This document shows positions 17,313 through 27,700 of a stretch of DNA of 64,000 nucleotides, piece after piece. The DNA comes from a virus. The stretch is from positions 32,001 to 96,000 of the IMG/VR virus record IMGVR_UViG_3300008740_000712. The stretch is one strand, 5' to 3'. The notes beneath the pieces were generated by a model. That model was not told the origin of the DNA and did not search any database. It saw nothing but the letters and a program-made list of their open reading frames with translations. The stretch's first letter is position 1. Every line of letters begins with the position of its first letter. A program made the position numbers and the translations under genes.

Positions 17313-20060
17313 TTAAATTACTTCATCCGTCGGTTTCTCAAATTCTTGAGTAAACTTGAAATTTAAATCCATCTTCTTGCCTGAGTTCTTTGACGTTACT
17401 CTTACTTTAAACTTCTTTCCCCACACAGAACTGCCCTTTGGACCCATTACCGCATTAACCACTTTGTTGGCAGACTCCACGTCTACATCTGTTCTGGCCG
17501 GATCAATAACCATATTAGACATCAAGGGAGAGATCCTTATGTACCTCTTCAGATCTCTTAGGGTGTTCTTCTCCTTCTTCGTTGCGGAGTCATAGGAGTA
17601 GTTTCTTATCACAGGATAAACGAACTTGTCCTTAACAATGGTCACTTGGATAACTTCAGATGGATTTGAAATATTGCCATGATTGTCAATTGATCTAAAA
17701 AGATAATAGTAGGTCTTGTTTGGTTCAATCTTGTCGATAAAGGAGGTGTTGGGGGTTCTTGTTCTTAATCCACCAACGAAGTCTTTTGGACTAGATGGTG
17801 GAATGGTTGTTCTGTACACTTCATAGAATCTGCTTATGCCGTCTTGAGAATACCAAATCTTGTCTTGCCCTTTTCTATTTTGAGATTTCTTTAATTTATC
17901 AATTCTCTTCTGTTCGGAGTCAGAGAATACAAGTGGAACCAGAAGTCGATTTCCGACGGAACCATTGAAGTTAAACCCAATTGCGTCGTCTTTGTTGAAG
18001 AACGGATAAACATTTACATCCGGAACAGTGGGGGGATCACTCAAAATCAAGTTGGTGGTTTCTGCAATCTTGTTCTCAATCACCTTTAAGGATGGTGTCT
18101 GGTTCACCTTTACTGCAACGTCATACTTATACATCTTCTTATCCGTGTAAGAGTAGGAATTCCCTATTACCAGATTGTAAGAATATATTTCATAAGTATA
18201 GTTCTCGTTTACTTTGACTTGAGTATCCACAAATCTAAATGTCTCTAGGTCTGATTTGTTTAGGAAAAAATAATTCTTTATTGGTTCTCCGGCCGGAGTT
18301 CCAATGTGCTTGGCCACACGATACAGCACAACCTCAGAGTGTGCTTTTTCTCCGTTAATCATCTCTTCGTATGTTCTAAAATTCTGCCTTATGTATTCCT
18401 GTATCTTTGCGTAAAAAGCAAGGTTCACAATCTTGTTGAAAAAGAACATGTTCCTTTTGTTCGACAAATTGTTCAGGGCATAATCGTCCCCAAGCATTGT
18501 GACACTCTTATCAAACAACTCCTCAGTTGAACTGTTGTCGGAGAAAATTTCGTTTGACAAATCCCACACTTTCTTTTGTAGAATCTCGGTATCTCTGGCA
18601 CCGCTTGGTTCAGAGGTATTCACTACAAACTCAAGCATTGAAGATTGCTTAGAAAGAATTAACTGAACCATATTTTTAGTGAATTCATCTTCCATTTTAG
18701 CTGTCTGTAATATATCAACGAATCCCGAATCTGGGTCGATTGTGAATTCTATCTCATTATACATTGGGAAAAACTCTCTTTTATAGTCTGCCTGTAGCAT
18801 CTCCTTTATTTGTAAAAGTGGGAAAATAACATTTGAACTTTGTGCAACGACTTCATCAATCTTCCCCCCTTTCTTTGCTTCCAGAAACTTTAATCCATAT
18901 TTCTTTAGATATTCTTGTAAAGTTGATTCCTTCACAGCACTCTTAAACATGCCGCGGGGAGTCCTTATAAATGGATTCTCACCCTCTATTATTCCCCCAA
19001 GTGTATTTTGATCTTTGACTTCCTGCGTTGTGCTGTCAGAAACAACCTCTGATAGAAAGTTGTAAAGATTGGGAAGAGCATTGTGGGGCACATCACTATC
19101 TGCAAGAAAGTCTTCGTACTTCTCGTTATAGAAATTGTAAACAGATCTCGACGTAACGAAATTCTTCTTCGGACTGGACTGTTCTCCTTCTGTTATGTTC
19201 TCATAAACTGGAGTTGTATTTTCGTGAAAGTGATCTGTGTAGATGACATCTTCCTGTATGGTTGGTTCATAATTTCGATGATTGTAGTTGCCACCCAACA
19301 TATATGCTTTCCACAAAAATCTATTAAATTTTGATCGACTTCTTTTTCTGCCGCGCAGGGAACGGAGTCCTCTCTCTAACTTGAATTTCCGTTTGTTGGG
19401 TAACAGAAGAATCCACTCAGATGTTTCTCCATAATCGGAATCAGTAGAAACATTAGCAGGTTCGGAAAACATAAAGACATATGGTGCATGGCCATGCATG
19501 GTCACATGGTCTTGGCTGCGGCGGTTTCGGTGTTGCTGTCCACGGGATGTCATTCTAGATGTCATATCTGGAGTTATCAAACTGTTCTCGATGGTCATGT
19601 AATACTTTGCTGCTCTTCCTCTAAGGGGATCGTCGATAAAAGTCTCCGACGGGTTTCGGAGCACGTTGCGATAATAGTACACCCGACCCCTATCTTCGTG
19701 GTTCGCAGACTCCACCATAAGAACCTTGTTGCCCGAACCTTTGGTTTTTTTAATAGTCTGCATCAATCTTCTCCAGACTCGTCTTCTCTCCAGAGAGTCG
19801 TCGAGATCAAAGTCAATTCTCATGTCTCTGGACGAATAATCAAATGTTCTATTATTTCTTCTTGCTGCTCGTAACAACATCAAGTTCTGTCTTGCAGAAA
19901 GTCCCGATCTTGAGTTTCGATACCTTCTGGTTCGTTGTCGTTTTCCGGTGTATGTAGATCTGGCATCGTTTCGGGCAACGTAAGCATCGACACTCTCAAT
20001 TGGTTTTTCAACCTCATCTGGGGGTGCTAGTAGTTTTTCAACAAACTTCTCTTTCATCAA
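17313..20060 (-). CDS. Large virion-associated protein with an Arg-rich N-terminus and FN3-like C-terminal segments
   Basis: 915 aa. FIDKIEPNKTYYYLFRSIDNHGNISNPS and FVDTQVKVNENYTYEIYSY are FN3/Ig-like strand patterns. Confidence 0.6.
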   Translation of the reverse strand: MMKEKFVEKLLAPPDEVEKPIESVDAYVARNDARSTYTGKRQRTRRYRNSRSGLSARQNLMLLRAARRNNRTFDYSSRDMRIDFDLDDSLERRRVWRRLMQTIKKTKGSGNKVLMVESANHEDRGRVYYYRNVLRNPSETFIDDPLRGRAAKYYMTIENSLITPDMTSRMTSRGQQHRNRRSQDHVTMHGHAPYVFMFSEPANVSTDSDYGETSEWILLLPNKRKFKLERGLRSLRGRKRSRSKFNRFLWKAYMLGGNYNHRNYEPTIQEDVIYTDHFHENTTPVYENITEGEQSSPKKNFVTSRSVYNFYNEKYEDFLADSDVPHNALPNLYNFLSEVVSDSTTQEVKDQNTLGGIIEGENPFIRTPRGMFKSAVKESTLQEYLKKYGLKFLEAKKGGKIDEVVAQSSNVIFPLLQIKEMLQADYKREFFPMYNEIEFTIDPDSGFVDILQTAKMEDEFTKNMVQLILSKQSSMLEFVVNTSEPSGARDTEILQKKVWDLSNEIFSDNSSTEELFDKSVTMLGDDYALNNLSNKRNMFFFNKIVNLAFYAKIQEYIRQNFRTYEEMINGEKAHSEVVLYRVAKHIGTPAGEPIKNYFFLNKSDLETFRFVDTQVKVNENYTYEIYSYNLVIGNSYSYTDKKMYKYDVAVKVNQTPSLKVIENKIAETTNLILSDPPTVPDVNVYPFFNKDDAIGFNFNGSVGNRLLVPLVFSDSEQKRIDKLKKSQNRKGQDKIWYSQDGISRFYEVYRTTIPPSSPKDFVGGLRTRTPNTSFIDKIEPNKTYYYLFRSIDNHGNISNPSEVIQVTIVKDKFVYPVIRNYSYDSATKKEKNTLRDLKRYIRISPLMSNMVIDPARTDVDVESANKVVNAVMGPKGSSVWGKKFKVRVTSKNSGKKMDLNFKFTQEFEKPTDEVI

Positions 20061-23000
20061 TATACATCTCCACTCTGCTCTTCAATGTCAGTATTTCTCA
20101 TACTTCTATTTGGAACGACTCCCGTTCGAGCAGAAGAGTTGCGGTTTTCTTCTGACTCTCTTTCGTCGGATATTAAATTACAAACCATGTTCCCTCTGGA
20201 AATGGTAGTTGATGTCCTCGACAGTCTTCTTCTCCTTGACTCTGGTATTTTAGATAGTTGCAAGGCATTCATCCTTCTTATCTGATCATCTGGTATTCTA
20301 CCTCCGTGGCCTCTTCGTATCATATCTTCCAATTCTTTTGGAGATAATTTACTGTAATCGAGTGCAAGATCTGATTTGGTTGCCTTAGATGAAAGAGAGT
20401 CACTTTGACGGGAATCGGCAATGGTCAGGGCATCGGAGTCTCCTCCTCCCTGTGATAGTGATTCACCATAATCATCAAGAGGTAGTTCATCTCCATCAAA
20501 CTCTATCTCCCTCTGTATATCCAGTACGAAGACTTTATTATAAACATTTAGATCAAATCCGGGAGTTGGGCGATGACCAAGTTTACGATTCGAGTATGGC
20601 ACCACCTTACACAAAACCCTTTTGCCCGACAAGTTGTCGTAAGTCCTCTTTGTTAGTAGTCTCCACATTGGTTTGGTTCCAGAATATCCAGAAAGATACA
20701 TTACTTTTGCAAGTTTACCCATTGTGAATTTGTACTCCAAAAAACCATCAATAGCATAATTCCTAGCCATATCTTCCAAGAATTCACCAGTTACTTTTGT
20801 TGAACTATTATCAGACTTTCTCAAAAATAATGCCTTTAATTGATTTGGCAGCCTGCTCCATAGGTAGGAATTCATTATTGCTGGATTTCCTTTTAGGTTG
20901 GTTATCGAGAAAGAGGTCTGTTGACTTCTTCTCGACATTGCCCTCAACTTATTTCTCAGCATCGGGTTGGACTTAAACGAGTTCGATCTCGACAATCCCA
21001 TAGATAATACTTTTACTGCCCTAAACGGGTTCGATTGATTGATCTCCCTTTCCCTCTCCTTGAATTGCCTTCGGTTCCTGAGAGGACTCACGTTTCTTAC
21101 TATTTGCTCTGACTTTAAACCTGCTAAGTAGTCGTAAAATCCAATAGTCTGTAGTGCTTGCCAACGGTTTATTCGGCCGGATCTATCTCTCACTTGTGGG
21201 GGATAGAGTGAGAGTTCACCTGCTTTCCCAGTTCTGGAGATGGTAAAATTATACTCATCGGATAGCATACTGTTTCGTTCGAGAACATTTTTTGCCATCG
21301 AGTCGGTAACAATCCTTTCCATCAAAAGGGAGTATCCATTAATTTTTCCCACAGAAGAGATTGAGAATCTCCTGAGTATATTGTTTCTTGAATGTTTTTC
21401 TCCCGTATCGAGAAAGTCGTAGACAACACCACTATCGATAAAGGACACGGGAGTCAAGAAAGAATGTGATGTCTTCGAGATGGTATCGTTGGTGGTTAAA
21501 CTCTTTCCTCCGATAGTCAAATTGATGTTTACACCCTGATCTGAAAAGAATCTTTCATTTTCGGACTCGATCCTGTCATCATACTCTGTGTTGCTGATGG
21601 TCTTTAGTCCGAGATCCCCACCATCTCCAGCATCTATGTCCAGATAATTAAATCCAAATTTTCTTGTCATATTGGAATCAAAAGTTTCGTCAAACCTCTT
21701 TGAAGCAGTAAAAGTTTTTGTGGGAGTTCGTCTCTCTCCATCTATCGACTTATTTGTTGTAGACTCGGATGTGGAGGAAGAAATGGTTGGTTTTGAAGGA
21801 AGTGCCGCGGCATCTTCCACCCTCTTCATAAAAGATTCGACCATCTTAATTATTGATAATATATTGGTGGGATTACCAGTGATGGGAGACATCGAGTACC
21901 TCATGGAAGATGCCATTTGTGATTTCCTATCCTCTGGAAAGTTCGATGTGAATCCAGAAACAAGATCGATTATGGTAGACGGTGCTGTAATCCAGGGGTA
22001 GTTCATTGGTGATCCATACCTTTTTCTCGCAACCTTAGAAAATCTCCTGGTAAACTTATTGGAATATGCTTCATAGTGACTTTTGTCAGGTGCTTCGGTT
22101 GTTCCTGCCTCGACTGCCAAATCAATATGGGGATTAGATATTTCTGCCTTTTCCAATGTTGGACCTGTGAGGATACTAAAATTATAATATTCGTTCAACT
22201 CCCTGAGTAGACCCTTTAATTCTGAAATCTGCTCTATCAAATATGGCTGTATTGTATCTGTCACTTCGACTGTGACCTCGTATTGATAAAATCCGTCCGT
22301 GATGCCAGAGAAAGTCCTATCCACTCCAGAAAAAGTCCTCATACCCCACGTTCCACGAGCAAAAATTTCCTCTTCCACAAACGATGCTTGCGAATTGTTC
22401 ACACTCTGAATCTCTCCTGTGGTTTTCTCACCAGTCCTCAATAGAACAAGGGGTGGTTCATTTTTATCAAACACCTCGCCCTTTGACTGTTCTGAACCGA
22501 CCCTGTTAGAAGATAGACTTGCCGGTTTGACCCTCACTCTCCTCACCTCAAGATTCTCAATCACCGATCTGTTCAAAATATCTTTTCTCTTGCTCCAGTG
22601 AAGTCTCGAAAACAGGGGTCCGTAGACGGAATTACGAAGCAGAATATTAGAAGTATTGATGCTGAATAGGAATCTCACGTTGTCTTCCTCGTCTTTTGTA
22701 TGCTGCAACGGTGTAAAATACGAATGCACCCTCTTGGGTTGGAGGTTGTCTCTTGAAACCTTGTTCTTTGATGACACGGAGAGAGACAAGTCCCTGAACT
22801 CTGTCTGTATTTGTCTTATCGACATGATTTCTCTCTCGTCAATAATCTTCGGATTTCTAATTGTTTTCGTGATCAATACACTATTTGGTCCCCTAGAGTC
22901 TGTCAGATACCTTCCCCTAGTGGGAGAATACCTTACGGAACCATCGTAAGGTCTGCCATTTTTGAAGAAAACTTTAGATCTACGAATTGCTTTACGGGAA

Positions 23001-23674
23001 GATATGACTCTCTCCAAATCCACCGATCCGTTAAAGGACTCTAGTCCTGCTTTTGAAGTATCTACACCAAATGTTTCCCCGAAATCACGGACATCCATTT
23101 TTACATAACTGAAGATACTGACATGTTCTTCTATTTGGTCTAGTTCAAATTTTGTTTCATAATAAATGTTTGCTACTTCGGTATTGTCGATTTCTATTTT
23201 CTCTGATCTTATAATGTCCCTAACACTTCCCTTAAAGTCTTTAGACAAATTAAGGATTCGGACCTCGACGTGGTTGTCTATTAGTCTGAGAATTCTGTCT
23301 TTTTCTCTCTTTAATCCTGATCTGGATTTTTCTAGTAACCTCGGTTTTTTCAGTCTAATGACCTCTTCTGCCAGTGACTCTCTCTCTAGTCTTCCGACAG
23401 TCTTATCACAAAGTCCCACGGCATCACTACCAAGAGACAGAATGTCAGTTACTTCCGGGTTTTTAGAAATTACCACAACGAGCTTTAATAAATTGACCAA
23501 TTTTTCATTGTTGAACCAGGTGCCTTCCAATTGTTCGTCGAGTTGATCTCTTGTGAGGATCTCCACATCGATGCTGCTCTTTGTCAGCACCATACGGGAA
23601 ACATTTGCCGTGGGCAACTCATCTCCGATTAAAGATAGGATCTTATCCGACATTATTCTTCCTCTTCTCCGCAT
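20057..23674 (-). CDS. Large hypothetical protein in the tail module
   Basis: Uninterrupted 1205-aa ORF, Arg/Ser-rich; no family recognised. Confidence 0.7.
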   Translation of the reverse strand: MRRRGRIMSDKILSLIGDELPTANVSRMVLTKSSIDVEILTRDQLDEQLEGTWFNNEKLVNLLKLVVVISKNPEVTDILSLGSDAVGLCDKTVGRLERESLAEEVIRLKKPRLLEKSRSGLKREKDRILRLIDNHVEVRILNLSKDFKGSVRDIIRSEKIEIDNTEVANIYYETKFELDQIEEHVSIFSYVKMDVRDFGETFGVDTSKAGLESFNGSVDLERVISSRKAIRRSKVFFKNGRPYDGSVRYSPTRGRYLTDSRGPNSVLITKTIRNPKIIDEREIMSIRQIQTEFRDLSLSVSSKNKVSRDNLQPKRVHSYFTPLQHTKDEEDNVRFLFSINTSNILLRNSVYGPLFSRLHWSKRKDILNRSVIENLEVRRVRVKPASLSSNRVGSEQSKGEVFDKNEPPLVLLRTGEKTTGEIQSVNNSQASFVEEEIFARGTWGMRTFSGVDRTFSGITDGFYQYEVTVEVTDTIQPYLIEQISELKGLLRELNEYYNFSILTGPTLEKAEISNPHIDLAVEAGTTEAPDKSHYEAYSNKFTRRFSKVARKRYGSPMNYPWITAPSTIIDLVSGFTSNFPEDRKSQMASSMRYSMSPITGNPTNILSIIKMVESFMKRVEDAAALPSKPTISSSTSESTTNKSIDGERRTPTKTFTASKRFDETFDSNMTRKFGFNYLDIDAGDGGDLGLKTISNTEYDDRIESENERFFSDQGVNINLTIGGKSLTTNDTISKTSHSFLTPVSFIDSGVVYDFLDTGEKHSRNNILRRFSISSVGKINGYSLLMERIVTDSMAKNVLERNSMLSDEYNFTISRTGKAGELSLYPPQVRDRSGRINRWQALQTIGFYDYLAGLKSEQIVRNVSPLRNRRQFKEREREINQSNPFRAVKVLSMGLSRSNSFKSNPMLRNKLRAMSRRSQQTSFSITNLKGNPAIMNSYLWSRLPNQLKALFLRKSDNSSTKVTGEFLEDMARNYAIDGFLEYKFTMGKLAKVMYLSGYSGTKPMWRLLTKRTYDNLSGKRVLCKVVPYSNRKLGHRPTPGFDLNVYNKVFVLDIQREIEFDGDELPLDDYGESLSQGGGDSDALTIADSRQSDSLSSKATKSDLALDYSKLSPKELEDMIRRGHGGRIPDDQIRRMNALQLSKIPESRRRRLSRTSTTISRGNMVCNLISDERESEENRNSSARTGVVPNRSMRNTDIEEQSGDVY

Positions 23675-24762
23675 TCAGCAGAAGTTGGGTTTGGTGGAAC
23701 CTTATTATAAATACTTTCTGACGAAGTTTGTTCTTCTTTAGTACCCATGTCCTTTAGAGATTTTCCTGACATTCGTGCTATCTGATCCGGATCTAATCCT
23801 GCTGCTAGGGACGAACCCACCAGTCCGTGGGGGGAATCCTGCTCGTCCTGTAGGAACTGACCTGATATGCCAAATGTTCTTATCTCATCCATGTCCGTCA
23901 TAGTAGAGTTGCTTCCAATTGCTCTTCGGAGGAAGTCCATGTCGATTCCCATGTCCGACTCAATGGATAGGAAGTTCTCTACATATGTTTCATCCACATC
24001 TTCATACTCTTCCTGTACATCGTCCAAGAGAACATCATTGACAACCATCTGTCGTTCTTTCTTGAACTTCAGGGGAACTAGATTCTCTTGCCCATTTTCT
24101 TCATCGACTAAAAACACCTCGACTTCGAACTTATCGTTAGACAAGGGAGAATTACTTTCCTCTACTTTTATCAAAAGTTCACCATCACTTTCGTCAATGG
24201 TCAGTGCGGTTCCGTCTTCGAAAAGGTGTCCATAAACATCTGCATTGAAATCTGGCTTTGATGTCGATTTTATCTTATACTTCAAATCTTGTAAATTTAT
24301 TTGCGGTATCATGATATAGTTCATGTTCCCCGTATCATTTACGACCCTTGTGCTTGATTCGATTCTTGAGAAGTAACTCTTGACACTCCAAGCAGGTGCA
24401 TAGTCTTTTGTTGTATCCGACTTGCCCAGTGCGTTGAGGAGGGAATAGCTCTTCTCCTTTACTTGTTGAATGTTTTCTGGAGTTATATTTCCATTTGTTC
24501 TTCTTATTTTATCGATTTTCTTATTTATGTCGGTTTCTATGCCAATATGGGCACTCTGAATCTTCATTCTTGGGGCATCTTTTATCCTAATACTAGCACT
24601 GTGTGCTTGCTCTGATACAGATCCCCACGAGGCGTCATATATGATGTCGTCATCAAAAAATGCGTAATACTTCGGACGGAACTTTCCATTGGCATACCTC
24701 TTCTTGCCAAATTGGGTTAGATTTATCTCTATCACTTCTTCTTTTTTGTTAAAAAACTCCAT
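23653..24762 (-). CDS. Tail/baseplate structural protein, distant paralogue of 16327..17259
   Basis: N-terminus EVIEINLTQFGKKRYANGKFRPKYYAFFDDDIIYD parallels ILDAVLTDTGRFRLAKG...KFALGDDEVNY. Confidence 0.65.
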   Translation of the reverse strand: MEFFNKKEEVIEINLTQFGKKRYANGKFRPKYYAFFDDDIIYDASWGSVSEQAHSASIRIKDAPRMKIQSAHIGIETDINKKIDKIRRTNGNITPENIQQVKEKSYSLLNALGKSDTTKDYAPAWSVKSYFSRIESSTRVVNDTGNMNYIMIPQINLQDLKYKIKSTSKPDFNADVYGHLFEDGTALTIDESDGELLIKVEESNSPLSNDKFEVEVFLVDEENGQENLVPLKFKKERQMVVNDVLLDDVQEEYEDVDETYVENFLSIESDMGIDMDFLRRAIGSNSTMTDMDEIRTFGISGQFLQDEQDSPHGLVGSSLAAGLDPDQIARMSGKSLKDMGTKEEQTSSESIYNKVPPNPTSAECGEEEE

Positions 24763-27700
24763 TAACTAATACCTTTAAACTTTTTTGGTTTTCTCGGTGG
24801 ACTCTTCTTCGGAACAGGAGAACTCCTATAGGGGTTTCCAGCCTTCTTTTTTGGACCTCTTTTTGGCCTGTGTGGTGAAGTCACCTTTCTTGGTGCTGAA
24901 ATTTGTTTTGCCAACTTCTCAATATGCTCCTTGCGAGCTTTTTTCTTTTCCGGTTCTGGTGGTGGTGGGGGAGGGGGTTGTGGTGGTGGTGGGTTTTCCA
25001 TCTCCAACTCCATTGAGATGCTCGCATTCTCGATCAAACTAAAGAAATCATACGGCCAATTGTAACTATATTCTGGAACCAATGCAGATGTTCCTCCCTT
25101 TAAGTCAAACTTGAACCTGTCATCGTCACCGGCATCTTTAGTTGTTTCAAAGTAATTTGTTTTTGCCCTTCTTTTCACCTTAAAGATTATGAAAGATAGA
25201 TCCCCAACAATGACTTCTCTAAGTTGTTCATTGGAACCGAAGAAATTATGTCTGTTTATGTCGTGAGATATTTCGATCTCCGATGTTTCAAAATTGACAG
25301 CAATGTCAGGAGAGATATTTTGCCAGATGTTGTTTAAGTCTTCCTGATCGAGTGTGTGTGATACTTCCATGAAATACATAGCATAAGGTTTCCTAATGTT
25401 GGTGTCTTTTCTCATGGGATCAAAGTGTGGTGGTACTATATATTTTTTCAGTCCATCGATCATCCTAGATATGGAAGTCTCTCGGATTTCCTCTCCGGAA
25501 AATGAGTCCTCTTTTTTAACTGCGATTTTGCCCAAAGACTCTTCATAGGTTTTTCTCTGTTTATCAAATTCAGTTCTTTCTATTTCTATTAAATTATTCT
25601 CTACTGCAAACCTTGTGCGGTTTGATATGACTTTAAAGAATTCACCGATGGAGGACTTGACCCCCAGATCACTGGAGTATCTTTGTAAATTAGGAGTGTT
25701 GAACCTTACCGTCGTAATCAATATTCGATCAGCCGTTGAAACCTCTTTGTAATAATCACGGTATAATTCGTAACTTGTTTCAGGCGAGTTTTTAGATGAC
25801 TTTACATAAGGTATGATACATATTGCCTCACTTATCTCCTTCGAACCCCTAACTCTGCCAATCTTTTTGGAATCGGCAGTAAATCCAGTATTTCCTATGA
25901 TAGAACCAATTTTTTTAGATTCATCCTGATATGCGGCTGGTGAGAAACTTTCCTTTATTTCGAAGAAAATTCCGTTTTGGGAAGATGGGGTGACTCCGTA
26001 ACTTGTCCACATCGTTCTTGGCAATTCCAGATCCTGATCCAGATTTATCCCGTGGGCATTCCATGCTCTTCCGTCGTTTGACGAATACGAGGAACTATAA
26101 TCTGCCACCGATGCCGTAAAATCCAGTACCGGTGTTTCAAACTTTGTTGAGATGACCCACCTTTTATTTTCCTCCGATACGTCGTTGGAGACTGTTGATG
26201 GTACGGCAGTATCTCCAGAACCGAGGACTTGGAACGTCGTCGTGGGATCAAATGTTCTGCCAAATAAGTCCACAGAAGAGGCAACAGTCGATGCTGATTC
26301 TTTCTGGTTTTGCGTGAATTCGTTCTTAATAAAGTGAGTACCGTATGTAGAAACCCTTGATTCCTCTACCTCGTTGACATACTCAACATTCGCATTGGAA
26401 AAGATTTCCTCTACTCCATATTTCCCGGATACAGAGGGAGTGAAGGACACTCTTGCAATTGCTGTACCGTAAAAAGACGGGGGAGTATAAGCACAATATG
26501 CGGGATCATGAGGGAAGTCAATCGGGAGTCCATATAATTTACCATGCTGTTTGTAATCATAATAAGATTTGAACTCCAACGAAGCAGAAAACTGTGGTGA
26601 AGATATTGGTGTCTCGTCTGGATTGAAAGTCCCTATGTGGTTGCCTTGTTTCAGGTATGCAGAACCAGTGTGCATAAATATGTAAGACTTTCCAGATGCC
26701 TGTGAAGGTAGGTGATCGTTGCTCTCACTCTGTCTCGGTGAGGAGAACACGAACAGGGACTCCCCCTTGTTGTACGGATGCTCAGATCCACTTATGATTT
26801 TCAGAGTTCCCCTAATAGAATCCCTGAGTGCTGTTCCACCATACACATAGTCGGACGACATCCCCTGCAATGTTCTCACGGGCAGGAATGCTAAGCTGCC
26901 TGTGCCTGAACAATTGCCATCGAGTGCGGTAACGCACAACGCACCCTTGGCATTCAGGTGTGGGGATCTGTCCGAATTATCGGCACTTCCAGAGTAGATT
27001 GCCCCGTCGATGCCGAAAGATAGGTAAACTTGGTTTTCTGTTCCGTGGTCGTGATGTGAGGATTCGATAGAAAGCAAAGATCCCAACCCCAATGAATACC
27101 TTTGCCCGTATAAGGAACCTTGGGCACCGAACTCGACAGGGTGGTTGCTTGCTGAGATTGCTGATCCGGTGAGCCAATCTAAGTTTATTTCAGCTGTTTT
27201 GCTGAATTCTAATCTCGGAGGTCCGTCTCGAACAGTCGCAACAATCACTGGTTCCCCAAACTCATTATTAACTACACTGCCAACATCATCACGTTCCGGA
27301 ACATCTTCGTAGTCCTGAAATACTTTTCCTTCAAAAAGGTGAATTGCTCCAGCTTTTCTGTTGGGACTGGAAGTGGTGTTTGGTAGTGAAGTAACGGCAA
27401 AGTAGTACTTCTGGTTTGGTGCGGTCCCATTCATACATGCAGACACCACAGAACCAAATTTGTCGTTGTTGCCACCGTCTGACAACTTATAGTAAGCAGA
27501 AGCAGTTCCATGAAGGGAACCGGAGTACCACAGCATTATGTCACCCCTTTCGGCACCACTGGTTCCACCAGCTGGGGCCCGGCCGCATCCACCGACTAGA
27601 AGAATTCCATTCATGCTGGAACTGTTTTCGGTAGTGGTATCCTTGAAATCCAAATTGATCATGTCGTATGTTCCGGGATATCCCATTCTAGCATTGTGGT

